64,000 nucleotides of DNA. Origin: Okamejei kenojei. Taxonomy: Eukaryota. The notes beneath the pieces were generated by a model. The model searched no databases. It had not been told where the DNA came from and worked only from the letters and a program-made list of their open reading frames with translations. Both the position numbers and the translations under genes were made by a program. Below are positions 27,401-42,400 of the stretch, piece after piece. The stretch is from the NCBI GenBank assembly GCA_035221665.1, contig CM069147.1:12152001-12216000 (forward strand), written 5' to 3'. Numbering within the stretch: the stretch's first letter is position 1; the number at the start of each line of letters is the position of its first letter.

Positions 27401-30400
27401 CTTTCCGCGAGACAGTGGGGGTGTCACTGTTAAGCGTTTGTTAAATGTTGCTATTAACATCGTATTAACACGATGTGTCACCAATTGTGTTTTGATCTTC
27501 AAGTATTACAGAAGGTATTCACGGAGAATTTCCTAAAGCTCTCTGATGCTGGTACAAATACCATTTGAACTAATTGGATGTATTGGTGGATGGGAAAGAT
27601 TTATACAGGTATCGGATTTAAACAGGTCAGGTCATTAAGGGCTCCGGTCGAACGGGTTTCCTGGCTAGCTTGCAGGTAAGTCCCTCATTCATGGTCACTC
27701 ACGTTATTTAGTATTATTTTCCCATCTCTCTCTCTCTCTCTCTCTCTCTCCCCCCTCCAAGGTTGGTTCTTCTGTTTGCCTTTATTTGCTTCAATTTTAT
27801 TTGTTTAAGTGATATTTATCACATTGTAGCTTTTAAAATATTAAAGCGGGTATCAAATGCTTTCTAAGGGCTGAATCAACCCGTTCGCGGGGCCTTTCAT
27901 CGCCCGGCGCAGCTTAAAATCAAACCGCTGCGTCAAGGCGATCGAGGCTCCCGATGTTGAAGCCCCTCGCCGGCTGATTTTAAGACCCGCCAGGCAATGA
28001 AAGGCCCCGCGAACGGGCAGATTCAAGCCCCACGAAGCTGCTGTTGCTGGAGTTCGGAGTCGGTCACCAACCAGGTCAGCTCCCAATGTTACCGTCCACA
28101 GGGCCCACGGCCGAAGCCTCCGAAGCCTCGCGTGCGTGTGTGTTTGGACATGTGGCCACCAAGAAATTGTGCCCCCCCAAACTGTGTCCCCCCCATGTTA
28201 TGTTAGCGATTTCCACCCCTGTCCGGCAGAGTGTATACGAAAATAAATCGCTGCCCGCCATATTTACATAAATTATGTAATGGAATATACATTCATGCTG
28301 TTTCACCCCTGGGCTTTGTTCAGGAAGTCCTGGAGAGTTACCTGAGTGTGTCTCAAAAACTCCTCACATGTCCATGGTGTTTCCTCAGGAAATTCACAAA
28401 GTGAGATGCTGCTCATATCCCACAGGGTCCGCTCGATACGATATTCTACAAGGTCATTTGCTCTGCAAATCAGTAAATCAACTAACCCTGTGGAGCAGAA
28501 ACATTGGGACAATTGAAATAAAGGGACAATAATCCTTCCAAATATTGTAATTAATGGTTTGATGCTGTTCCAACATTTCAAAATACATAATCATTGAAAA
28601 TATCTGATTGCAGACAATGATGATTTGATACCCTGGCTGCATTACATACTATTAAATGCAGTGAAACACGGAATGGAAAATTGCTGGATATCTTTCTGAT
28701 GCCATTTACTAAATTGGCTCTGCGCTTTCTGAGGACAGTTCCACATGAACGGCTCTTCATTTCTATGCGTTCCATGGATGGGTGAGACCTGATTGCACAT
28801 TTTATCCTGGTATTCAAAGACAAAATGAGAAAGACTTACATTCATAAAGCCCTTTTCACACCATTTTAGGACAAGAAGTGTGCAGGAATTTAAGAATTAC
28901 TCCTGAAGTGCAGCCATAGTTACAATATCCAAAATGCAGGGGCCAATTTGGGGACAGCAAGGTTCCACAATGAGCAACATGATAGTGACCAGAACACGTC
29001 GTTTAATAACATTGGTTGAAACGTAAGGACTGGCCAGGATAGCAGAATTCTCTTCCCTGTTTTTCTATTAAATAGCATGCTGGAAACTTGTACATCCACT
29101 TCAAAGAGCAGATGGAGTCTCAGTATACCATCTTATACAAAAGGGGCATTTCCGTAAACAGTGAAGCACTCCCTCAGCACTGCATTTGTGGAATTCCCTG
29201 TCACAGAGGGCTGTGGAGACCAAGTCACGGGATGGATTTAAGAGAGAGTTAGATAGACCTCTAGGGGCTAGTGGAATCAAGGGATATGGGGAGAAGGCAG
29301 GCACGGGCTATTGATTGGGGACGATCAGCCATGATCACAATGAATGGCGGTGCTGGCTTGAAGGGCCATATGGCCTCCTCCTGCACCTGTTTTCTATGCA
29401 TTGGACTGTCATACTGCACAAAACTCTGGAGTGGGACTTGAACTGCAACTCCTTGATTGGGAGGTGATACCCACTGAATCACAAAATAATCCATAAAGTG
29501 GTGTGGCTGCTATTATTTGGAATTGAATTCATTACCTAATTTTGCATACACACTATCCACAAAATGGTCATTGTTTAATGATGTCCAGTTTAGTGTTACA
29601 AGACCCGGTTGAAAAGCTTCATCAATCTCATGCACATGTGGTGCAATAAGGGTTTCATAAACTTGCTTAATTCTTCCACGGACTTTGGAGTTTTCTTCCA
29701 GTAATAGCTGAAAATATCACAAAGAATATTAGGATCTTCAATACATTATTTAATTTTCATAGCAGCTTAAAATCATAAACAGTTTATATTCCTTAGATAC
29801 TTTAAGGATAGCAATTGGTAAAATTATACTTTAAACGTACGCGCTACATACTGTGGACCATTGCATAAAGCAGATGTCACGCAAGTCAAGTCAGAAGGCC
29901 ACGTGGGAGCTCCCATGTGGAGACCAAGTGGGAGCTTCCGTGAGAGCAGCTGACTGGCTTTCCGCATACGTCAACAGTATCACACTGCTGCAGTGACTAC
30001 CAAGACACGCAACTCAGAAATAAAGCAGCGGGCTTGAACGATGTTGTGTAAATAAGCGCAAGTTTACACAATTTGTCCATTACGCAAGTTGGGGAGTACC
30101 TGTAATTAATATCAGGAACATCCAAGGTGCAGTCATTTCACTGACAGGTTTGGTAACCTGTTTGGCCACCAGTGGTGGAGCAGCAGTGGAGGACACCACA
30201 GCTACACTTGGCCAGGACAACGATCTTTCATGGTCAGGTCAATAATCCTGCACTTACAACAACTGGGACTTGAACATGGCACCAAACTAGCGAATCTGTA
30301 CACTGTCTCAGCGTACTACTGCTATACATGTACTGCATCTGAGGTGTTTATCTAAGATGTATCTCAGTGCTTGTGTATAGTGATACTTGTACTGAACTGT

Positions 30401-33400
30401 ATACAACAATGAATTTCATTGTTTCTTGGTACATGTGACAAATAAACCAATAACAGAAGAAACTGAACTGGCTTAGATGTGACAAACAGACAGATACAAT
30501 CTATGTACTTAAGAACCTCAGCATGTCTCTATGTACATATTGTTCTAATTTTGCCCTCATCAAGATGATGAACTTCAGTGCTGAAGAGGGAATATTTTAT
30601 CAGATTTTATCATCCAGAGCCACTATCAATTGCAGTATATTCAGACATAGGCTTAATATAGCTTCAAAACAGCCTAAACATGAAACTTCAAAAGACATGA
30701 ATGAAATTAAATTATTTAATAAGCCGCAATGATTATCTTCACAAAATTACAAATTAATCCACTGTCTAAATGGAGATGTTTTAGATATTAAGGCCATTCA
30801 AGGGATTCAAGGCCATAGCTTAGTACAGCAACTACTTTGCCCAAGACATCAAGAAATTGCAATGAAAAGACACAAATTGCTTGAGTAACTCAGTGGGTCA
30901 GGCAGGATTCCTGGAAAACATGGATAGGCAACATTTTAGGTTGGGACCCTATGTCACCTATCTATGTTCTCCAGGGATGCTGCCTGATCCCACTGAGTTA
31001 CTCCAACATTGTGTGTCTTTGCTTGGTAAACCAGCATCTGCAGTTTCTTGTTTCTACACTAAGAAATTGCAGAGTTGTGAAAGCAGCTCAAGCTATGTTG
31101 CACATCAGCATTCCCCCCCCCCCCCCCCCCCAAACCCCTCCCACCCCCGATTTACTCTGTCTACACTGCACGCTGCCTCTGGGCGGAAGAAACAAAAGCC
31201 TGAAAACATGTACCACCTGATTCAACAACAGCTTCTTTCCCATTGTTATCACACTGTTAAACAGATCTCTCATACAATAGTGATGAATTCGCTATCTCCC
31301 AATCTACCTCATTGAGGCCATTGCACATGTTTTTTATACCTGCACTTTCTTTGGAGCTGTAATACTATATTCTGTATTCTGCATTTGTTTTCTCTCTTGC
31401 ACTAACTTGATTTACTTTGGTATGATATAATTTGCCTGGATAACATGCATAACAAAGTCTTTCACTGTATCTCAGTACGACTATATTAAATCAATATCGA
31501 TGTGGTTAAGCAAGAAGTGAAGCTGAGATGAAAGATCAACCATAATCTTACTGAATGGCAAATGACCTACAATCGGGTTAATGCCTCCATTAAATAGCAA
31601 AAGACTTTGAAACAAATGTATGACGTTTCCCTGACTGCAAAACTGTTATTTGCATATTCATGAAACAAAAACAGAAGATGATAGCCAAGAGTTTTCAATT
31701 TGAAATATTAACTCTGTTCTCTTTCCACAGATGCTCACTGACCTGCTGTGTATTTCTAGCATTTTCTACTTTTGTTTCAGATGTTCAGCATCTGCAGTTT
31801 TTACTTCACTTGTGTGCTCCTTCTAATATATCTGTCAGGGATCCCAATCTTCCTACACATGTTTCATTTAAGCACATTTTACATGTACTTCAGATCTAGG
31901 TTTTTATTTTGTGAAAAAGAAGGAAAGATATTAACTAACTAACTATTGCAAACATAAACAAATTAGCCTGAAAAAGTATTTCTCCATAAAAGCACATGTT
32001 AAAATGATTTATGATGAGGGAAAAGTGCCAGTCTGACGTTGGACTGATATCTGAAAAACATGCATAAAAGCTTCAGTTTGCAAGTCTTTAGCATGATCAT
32101 TCACATTAACCATGAAGAATTTCATGGATCACACCTGATCTGTAACTGAATGAGTCATAGATCATAGAGCATAAACAGGCCCATCAGCCCATAATGTTCA
32201 TTCAGACCATCAAGTACCTATGTCAACTATGCCTTGCCAATTCTAGTGCTTTTCCAAATATGTCTTAAACATTGTGAGAGTACCTTTAAGTTGTATCTAT
32301 GAGCATCTAACTGACATTGTATAATCATTCATCCTGCAGTTTAAAATGTAGCCGTTTTCACAGCAAATTACTTCCAGACATTGTAGAGAGACTAGAGGTC
32401 AACCGTAATAAAAGTTGGTATTGAGAAGGAAGTAGGTACCCAGCTTCTCCAATTCCAGATAAGAGACAATGAAAACTGAGGCAGGCACACAGCAAAGAAT
32501 ATCAGATTAGTTCTGTTTAGTTTCGCCAGGACAGCGGTTGGCAGCCTTACACGTATAATGCTAAAATAATTGGCCCATTATTGCATTAACTCATCAATGT
32601 GTCATACTTCCCAACAGTGATAGAGATTCGGTCTGTTGCTTTAAGGAAACAGGATATGGGTCTGCATCCTTCTGCTATAGTCTGTCTTCCTGTTCATTGT
32701 TTTATCTTTGCATCAATGCTTTTCCTAACTTAACATTGTTTTTCATTCTCGTGCACTTGCAAATGTCTGCTCTTAATTGTCAGATGCCATATGTTTATAA
32801 CATCTGACTATCTCTAAACCGGCAGATTAACAAGATTCAAAGCTGATTTTCAAGATTCAGGAAATATCACAGCATAGACACGACAGCTACACAATTAAAG
32901 TAAAACTACAATAAAAACTCACAATGAAATAGCTCAGTAGCACATAATGCATGGCTTATAAGAAAGACCGATAAAGCCAGAATTGTACATCACATTCATT
33001 TGCATCTGACTGAGAAAAATAAAATTCCAGGTGTAATTTCACAACAAAAGTGACTGAATTATAATGCAATACATTATTGCAACAGTTTGAACATTTCCCA
33101 TTTTTATTTCTCATCTGCAATTTTTGTCCTCACTCAATATGTTAACAAAAATAAATCAAATATGGGTTTCATCGACGGACTCTGGGCCGTGAGATTCAAA
33201 TTACTTTTCTACAGTTTGCCTTGATTTCCTTTATATTATATGGCTTTCGCTTGTAATTTGACTTTTCCTTTGACATAGAGGAAGTATTTTAACCTGCGGA
33301 CAAATCAAGCATGTAGGTTCTGTTGAACAAAGTAAATTGATTGCAAAAAAGGACTGCATTTTCCGAAATCATGAGGAAACTGATTATGTGCATCTGCTGT

Positions 33401-36400
33401 AACCCTATAAATAATAGGTTTGCACAGCATTGTTCATTTATATATTTTGTTCTAATTCAAATTGTTCAAGGAGAAGCATACTCTTCTACAATGTTCTCAT
33501 TCTGCCACTTCCAAAGTCACTATTCATACCTGCAGCTTATTGTACATCCGTTTCAACATATCTCGTTTTTGTAGAAGTGCTTTAGCATTATCAGGGATCT
33601 CCAACCCCATTCGAACCATGCATTCTGCTTCTCTTATCAGAACTGTAAGATCAGGGTCAAAGTTCACAATCATCTGTCCAGTGTTAGGATGCTTAACCAG
33701 TAAAGATGCTTGAAGACCAAACTGGGCAGTTTCAATCTGAAATAAGATTGTACGCAGAAGATACATTAATATATGTGTATATTTAAGTGCAAACCCATTT
33801 CTCATTCAACCAAGGACACCTTCTGAAATACATCTTGATAATATATCAATGGGTCATCTTTACATTCTACAACTGCAGTTACGATACCGAGAAATATTTC
33901 AATGATAGTTTCCAAGATTTCATCACTCAAAATACTGTATTTTAACACCATGAAATCAGCCTGCCATATCATATTAACTAAAAATATATAGGACTGGGGA
34001 AAAAAACCCATCCTCGATGGGGTATGGGTGAATCAGACAATACTCTAGCTTATGGAAGTACCATTCAGAAGCCTATTAACAGAGGGGAAGAACTCAGTTA
34101 TCCTCAGAGAAGATACACATTCACACAAAGGGAAATAGCAATGATGAATGTTCTTTCCAGAGAGGTTGTGGATGCTGCTTCATTGGAATGTTTGCAACTA
34201 AAGTATCAGATTTGTGTTAGCTGGGTGTAGCAAGGGAATGTTTAAGTTGGTAAATTTAGTAGAGTTGAAGACCACCCATGCTAGCTTGAGGAGCTGAAGT
34301 GCCTACTTCTTCTAAATATGTTGGGAACATAATTTATTGCTCACATAGAAAAATAGCTGCAGGAGTAGGCCATTCGGCCATTGGAGCCAGCACCGCCATT
34401 CAATATGATCATGGCTGATCATCTAAAGTCAATACCCCATTCCTGCTTTGTACCCATATCCTAAAGAGTGAAATCTAACTCTCTCTTGAAAACATCCAGT
34501 AAATTGGCCTCGACTTCCTTCTGTGGCAGAGAATTCCACAGATTCACAATTCTCTGGGTGAAGAAGTCTTTCCTAATCTCAGTCCTAAATGGTCTACCCC
34601 ATATTCTTAAACTGTGACCCCTGGTCCTGGACTCCCCCAATAATGGAAACATTTTTCCTGCATCTAGCCTGTCCAATCCTTTAAGATTTTTACATGTTTC
34701 TATAAGATCCCCTCTCATCCTAAATTCCAGCGAATACAAGCCCAGTCGACCCATTCTTTCCATTCCTTCGTCATATGTCATCCCGGGAATTAACCTGGTG
34801 AACCTACGCTGCACTCCCTCAATTGCAATAATGTCCTTCCTCAAATTAGGAGACTAAATTTGCACACAATACTCCAGGTGTGGTCTCACCAGGGCCCTGT
34901 ACATCTGCAGTTGGACCTCCTTGCTCCTAAACTCAAATCCTCTTGCAATGAAGGCCAACATGCCATTAGCTTTCTTCACTGCCTGCTGTACCTGCATGCT
35001 TACTTTCAGCGTCTGATGTACAAGCGCAGCCAGGTCTCGTTGCAGCTCCCCTTTTCCTAATCTGACACCATTCAGATAATACTCACACTGCATGTGCAGT
35101 AATTCTATGGCTGTCACTTTGCCCCCAGGTGAATAAAGTGGAAGCCATTAGAGAGAATGATAGGCCAAATAGTTTTCTGACAGATTCTACAGATTTACCC
35201 ACAGGATAAACTATACAATTTATCAATTATGAACTAAAACTGCACAAACCTAGAATGCATATCAGTTGTTCTGAAAGAAATTCTAAAATATTAACAAGAT
35301 TACTGGCAACTAGAATAAACCTGGACTCTACCTTCTATGGTTAAATTATCTTTAAATTAGCTCCACTATGCACAACTCTGCACATAGAACAATAATGCTG
35401 ATATTAAATTGCAAACAATGGTCATTTGATAATTCAGTCTCATTCTGATGGTGATGATACCATTTTGTAAAGGGTTAAAACAGTTTCACAATGCAGCCAA
35501 AAACACTTGTAGACTAGTACAAGATTAGTCAGCAACTAAGTTTGTATACATGTTACCCAGAAGCCCCAAGTTGTTTTAATGATCTCACTTATGTAACTTG
35601 CAACATTTTGGTTGGGAATATAAATGCTTCCAATGCAAGCATGCATAAAAATTACTATAAACATGCTACAGTAGTCTACCTGTTGCATCCAGGCCCTGTG
35701 ATAAAGCACTTCATATTCCAACAAAACTCTGGCTACTTTGTTGTAACTACGGATAATCCTCTTTGCATCTTCGCGCTGCAAGATGCCAGGCCTCTTCTCA
35801 AACAACAACATGGGCTCTTGAATATGTCTGAAGAGCTGTCGAGCCCAGGTGATGCTTCCAGCTACTGGAGGAAAGTTACGTGGAATTGGAGGGTCAGTCT
35901 TCTCCCTTGTGTAAATTTGAGAGACATGGTTGATATCTTTACTGTAGATATGGAGAATTTTTTGAAATTGTTTATCAATTCTCAGTTCTGGTATTCCAAG
36001 CCTGAAAGATAGGTCAGTGGTGGTTAAGTAGTTGGAAGAAACTCATCTGAACATCAAAGCAAAATTGTGATACAAGGTACTGAAGATGCTGGTTTACAAA
36101 AAAAAGACAAAGTGCCTGAGTAACTCAACAGGTCAGACAGCATCTCTGGACAACATAGATTCCCCACCCACCACAAATAGTCTGAAGAAGGGACCTGACC
36201 CAAAACATCATCTATCTGTGTTCGCCAAAGATGCTGCCTGACCAGTTGTGTTGCTGAAGTTACTGCAGTACTGTTTTAATCAATGTTGGGAGGGTTGATT
36301 TTCCTAAAGTTGGTTATGACTTAAACTCACTCAAAGTGGTTCTATTTGGATGGATAAGATACACAAAAAGCAAAGCTGGGGAGACTGGGCCTGTCAATGC

Positions 36401-39400
36401 ACACAAGGCAAATTGACACCAACTGTGGCATCAACTAATTAGACTGTCAGGGTATTCCAGTATGGATCTAGGAGACCCTGCATTGGACCCCGCAATGAAA
36501 TATTTGTGACCTAATCGTTAAAATCACATCTACCAAATCGAATTCTAGAATTATAAATCCCAGGTGATGCTCACAGCTGCTATTAGGAAACTAGGAAGCA
36601 TACAGGTTCATCAAAGGCACTTGAAAATGTGTATTGGCAAACACAGACTTACTTCTCAAACTTCACTAACAACGACAAGGCCCTTGGAGTGCTCGAGATG
36701 CTGTCAAAAGTGGCTCCCATAAACTCGGTGATTTCAGCCTGTCAAAGTAAATTTAGAGACGCAGCTAAAATATGCATTTACATGTTTGTTCTATTTCTTT
36801 TGATTTCCCATATTACATCTTATCCATCTTCTTCAGAAAGAGACAAAAACATTTTCATCACAACCTTCTTTTAATGCTGCTCCGTAGGATTTATCTCAGC
36901 ATCATATTAGGCCGATTCTGTGAACAGATGGCATAGGTTTTCTGTCCAATCCTTTTCTGTCCCAATATTGAAATCACATTGATTTTTAAAAGGGAGTTTA
37001 TAGTTTAGTTTAGTTCAGGTTAGAGACACAGCATTGAAACAGTCCCTTAGGCCCACCGAGTCCACACTGATCATTGATCACCAGTACACTTATTTTTTAG
37101 AGATACAGCGCAGAGACAGGCCCTTTGGCCCACCAGGTCCGCTCCGACCAGTGATCCCTGCACATTAACACTATCCTACACCCACTAGGGACAATTTTTA
37201 CATTTACCAAGCCAATTAGCCTACAAACTTGTACATCTTTGGAGTGTGGGAGGAAGCCGAAGATCTCGGAGAAAACCCACGGAGGTCACGGGGAGAACGT
37301 ACAAACTCCGTACAGACAGCACCGGTAGGCGGGACCGAACTCGGGTCTCCGGCGCTGCATTCGCTGTAAGGCAGCAACTCTACCGCTGCGCCACCGTGAC
37401 CACCCACTTAGTCCATGTTATCCCCACTTTTGCATCCTACACACTAGGAGCGATATACGCATGCCATTTAACCTACAAACCCACACCTCTTTGGGATGTG
37501 GAAGGAAACCGTAGCATGTTCACAGGGAGAACGTACTAACTCTGCACAGACAGCACCAGAGTCAGGATCAAAGTCAGGTCCCTAGCACTGTGAGGCAGCA
37601 GCTTTACCGCTGCGCATTATGCCACTCATAGAGTTGCCATATCCTAGCAAACTATTTTGAATAAAAACTCAGAAACATAACTCAATAACATAACACACTG
37701 GTAACTAAGTGCCTATACAAAGAGTTAACATAGCACTATTGAAGCCATCAGATGAATGTTACTGAATTTGCTATGAAACTGCAGAAGTTTTTTTACATCA
37801 TCCTTTATTTCTCTGATATATACTGATAGAATCCAAGACTTTGCTATTTGTTGGCTGTGAAGCTGTCTGGAGTGATGGTTCTGTGGTTATGCCGTGTTTC
37901 TGGCCAGTGATCCATGTATACTATGGGTGCAGTCAAAATTGGAAAATTAGGTTTGTTGCAGCAGATGCCTATAAAGCCACTTTTTCAATCATCCGTTTGC
38001 ATTAACAGAGGAAAACTGGATAGGTCCTTTGATAGAGATTCTTCCAGCAAACCATTTATCTTACATTCAATGTACCCAGCTGATCCCATGTGCCTGGGCA
38101 CTGGTCCAGGAGCACATTCCCTCTGTAGTTAACTGCCTTGGAGATGTCTTTAAATTCAGTGAAAACAGAAGTGAAAAGTTACAGCAACTCATTTGGAAAT
38201 CTCATGTGGAGCTATGGTAATAGGAATGACATACTGATGCAGTAAGCCAGCTTTTAGAATCTGCTATTAAGCCTGTTCATTATGAAACTATGCAAACAAC
38301 TATTCTTCAATTTATTGTTTGCATGCTAATACTGGATGGTAAAGACTCTCTCCCAGCTCAATAATCAATCATTCTGTACGTACAAAAATGCTCAGATGAG
38401 ACAGTTTCAGCTACAATTTATAACATTTCTGAAATAACTAGCAATGTTTCCCATCTGTACAATAACAACATTAAAAAAAAACACTTGACAGGTACATGGA
38501 AAGGGGAGGTTTAGAGGGAGTATGGTCAAATGTAGCTGAGATGGGGCACTTTGATCAGCATAGACTGGTTGGGCTCGCGGGCTTATTTCTGTGCTGCATG
38601 ACTCCATCTGTTGACTCCAACCATCTTACAACACAGTTTGGAACAAGGTTAGAAATTCAGAGAAAGGTTTGACAAATTACCAGTTCTGAGGTTGGATTCA
38701 AAGGACATCTAAATTTCTACCTGGCTTGCTGGTATAATATAAGGAGCAGCTATTTTAATAATTCTCATGGTTTTCACATTGACAAACAGATTATAAAATG
38801 ATTATTTTGAATTAATTGTCTGTACCACTGGACATTATTAAAGCTGTATTATATTATGTCATATTTTACAATTATTAACAGGAAATTGTTGGTCACAGCA
38901 CTTTTACCTCCAACAACATGTCAGAATTTGAAAAACTACTCTTTAAATATAGCAAACAAATGCATTTTCAAAACAGAATAACAGACAATATTCTTCCTTT
39001 AACACAGAGCCCTTTCTCACAAGAGATACCAAATGGCTGGGTGTTTTTACCTATTAAGGGAATAAATGAATATTGGCTTTCTGCAGAAAAGTGGCACCAA
39101 GGTAGAATATCAGCCCTGATTTTATTGAATAGAGGGGTAAGCACGAGGGACCAAATGGCTTCCTTCTACTTCTATTTCTTATAATGCAACATTAAACCAG
39201 GGACGCCAAGGGCAGAGGAAAAGTAAAATTAATATAATGCTACACAAGCTCAGAATGAATCCCACTGTAATCCCAATGCATCAATGTGACATTTTAATTT
39301 TGTACACATGACATCCTTATGAGCCGTATGAGTAGAATTGATCCTCGGGGAAACTCATTTCACATGACAGCCCGACAAACATTAGGATGAATAGATTTTC

Positions 39401-42400
39401 ATTACATCGATCTCGACAGGAAAAGTTCAAAACAAGGTTCAAAAGGTAAATGGGGAATTATTTAATCAACTTTTATTATGTGCATTGACCTACAAATAAT
39501 AGTAAATAGAATAAAGCTAGGATTTATCACTCAAGTTAAAATAATACAAACTTGTAAGTCACTGATCTGTGTTGTGAAAGTCTCATAATCCATATCAAAG
39601 GTACTCTTTCTGTGGTCAATCAAATTGCAATCTTGTTTTTTCATTCCTGATACAATATCCTGAAATATAAAAAAGACAGAAAGTGAACTGGATTATTAAA
39701 ATGCCCCTTCCTCAAAAAGAATATAATCTAATGTATCCAACTTCCTGCAGCACATTTCCTTACACTAAGATGCAAGGTGCAATGTGCCTGGAAATTCAGG
39801 TTCATAATGTAAATGTACTGCATAGTGCCTGCAGCACACCTAATTTTGGTTCCATCAACTTCAATACATTTCAGAGTCCGTGTGTATGGCATACTTAAGG
39901 GCCTGTCCCACTTAGGCGATTTTTTCGGCGACTGTCGGCAACTGTCACAGTCGTAGCAGGTCGCCGAAAAACCAGCTGATTTGACCCCCCCTACGACAAA
40001 GTCTACGACAACCTACCACCTAGTCCAAATCAAACTACGGCAAGTTACCGACAACCCATTAGGATGTCCACCTACGACCTCACCTGCAACAACCTACAAC
40101 CACGCAGGCAACAACCTACGACAACCAAAGTCAACCTATGTCCACCCGCGACAAGCTATGACAAGCAACGGTCCTGTCAGCAACAAATGAAGGCAACTGA
40201 AGACAATTCAGTCACTGTTACCTGTCACCAGTTGACATAGGTAGTCGCCAATGGAATTCACCGAAGTCATCACCCAGCAACAACCAACGTCACCTGGCGA
40301 CAACCTACGAAAGGATAAGCCAAGCTACGTCATGCTACATCAAGCCCACAGTCACCGAAAAGTTTTTTTACATTTCAAAATCCAGTGGCGACCAGAAAAA
40401 CGGTCTGACTCTTTAGGCGACTTGAGAGACTACTCACGACCATACAGGCGTCACCCGCGACGATGTGGCGAGAGCCTAATCGCCTGTAGTCACCGAAAAA
40501 ATCACCTAAGTGGCTTTAGAGTTACCATCCTGAGATGATTTCGAGAAAACCAAGTTTTATTGAGGTTGATTCTCAAGTGACTCACAAAACACTTAAACAT
40601 CCAAGATATTCACAAGCATGTTCCCTCTCCCATTCAAAATTGTAACTACAATTATGTTGTAATAAAGCAAACATTTATTTAAAAAAATATGCATTGATAT
40701 ACAGATGAATTGGATGAATTAAACCCAAATGAATTTTCATTGAAATAGAAATTCATTTATTTTTGACACAGAGGTGGGGTTATTACCTGAAATTTGTTTG
40801 CTATCTGTTCAATCCCCTCGATAGTTGATTTCTCCAGGCTGGAATACACTTTAATAGTTTCAATCATCTTAATAATCTTACTAAGCCTCCTCTCAAATGT
40901 GTCAAACTTTCCAAAAATGCAGATTTCACTAAATTCAAAGGGTTTTTCCCTCTGGTTTTCCTTCATCTTTTGCTTGGTAACACCATAACAGAACTGGTAT
41001 TCCTAATGTTTATGAAAAAAAGGACAACAGTTCATGTTAACATCCAAAACATTAATGTTACTCATTTCAACCTACTTTCATTATAGGTCTGGACTAAATG
41101 TATACGGTGCTTTACTGCTCATCAACTGTCTCAATTGTGAGAGGTTGACATAAATCAATGCCTTGAAAGGCATCGCAATCACTAGAGGTACCCAAGATTC
41201 CAAGAGCAGCAGACAATTTCCCAGCTTCATTGAAAATTTTCACTGAGCCCAAGATATGATCTGAATTTAAATTTTCCATCACAAACATGTTGAGACCTAT
41301 GTATGGTGGAGCACATAGATGAATCAGGCATGTACATCAAGAGACTGCAAGCTCATCTGACCACAAATATGTGGCTTGAAAAATAGGAAAAACAATCCTT
41401 GATACCAATATAAATTGTCCAAAAGGTTATCTGTGCCATTTCCAACTGCTAGCTCGAGCACACTTCAGCATTTAGGCCCATAGATTTTTTTTTTTGGCGT
41501 TAGCAGGAGAAATAAATTATACCGGAAGGTAGACAAAAATGCGGGTGCGGCAGCATCTATGGAGCGAAGGAAACGTTTCGGGCGGAAACCCTTCTTCAGA
41601 CTCCACTGCGAAATTATACCCGAGGCTTTTTTGGCTTATTTTGTCAGAGCCGGCAATTGGTCGTTACAGTAACAGAACGGTGCACCAGCAGCATCTAATT
41701 AAGTGTGATATGAAAGATCTATGTGGTTTGGCCTTGGCTCAATGGTAGGATTCTTTCATTATGTCAGAACATTGCGGATTAAAATTCACACCCAGAGAAA
41801 GATTTTATAGGAATCTGAGGGGTAACCTTTTAACCCAAATGTTGGTGCGTGTATAGAATGAGCTGCCAGAGGAGGGAGTTGAGGTAGGGACTATCACAAC
41901 GTTTAAGAAGCAAGTAGACAGGTACATGGATAGGACAGGTTTAGAGGGATATGGGACAAATGCAGGCAAGTGTGACTGGTGTAGGTGGGACACGTTGGTC
42001 AGTGTGGGCAGGTTGGGCCGAAAGACCTGTTTCCATAATGTATGACTCAATGACTCCAATTGAGCACAGATCCAGAAAAACACATCAATGCAATACTGAG
42101 GGAATACTGCATTGATAAACTAATATCCAACATGGGACTGAAAAGAAAGTTTGCAAAGAAGAACCGGGACATTTTCTCATGGTTCCAACCAACAATGCAG
42201 CAAATATGTTGCTCATACAATCTATCAATTACCTTATTAAGCTTAATACATGCCATCAACTTGCTAATTATTGTGCTTGGAGATAACTCCCATATTGTAA
42301 CAGTTCCATCATTGGTAATGTATGCTTTACATGCAGTTATCATCTGGTTAGTGATCTGAAACAATAATATTTAAAAATTCATTGGTAAAATCTAATTTTG

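Noticed and set aside
35542-36012. 156-aa + strand ORF
   Set aside because: Antisense shadow of the 322-nt dynein exon; no recognisable protein.
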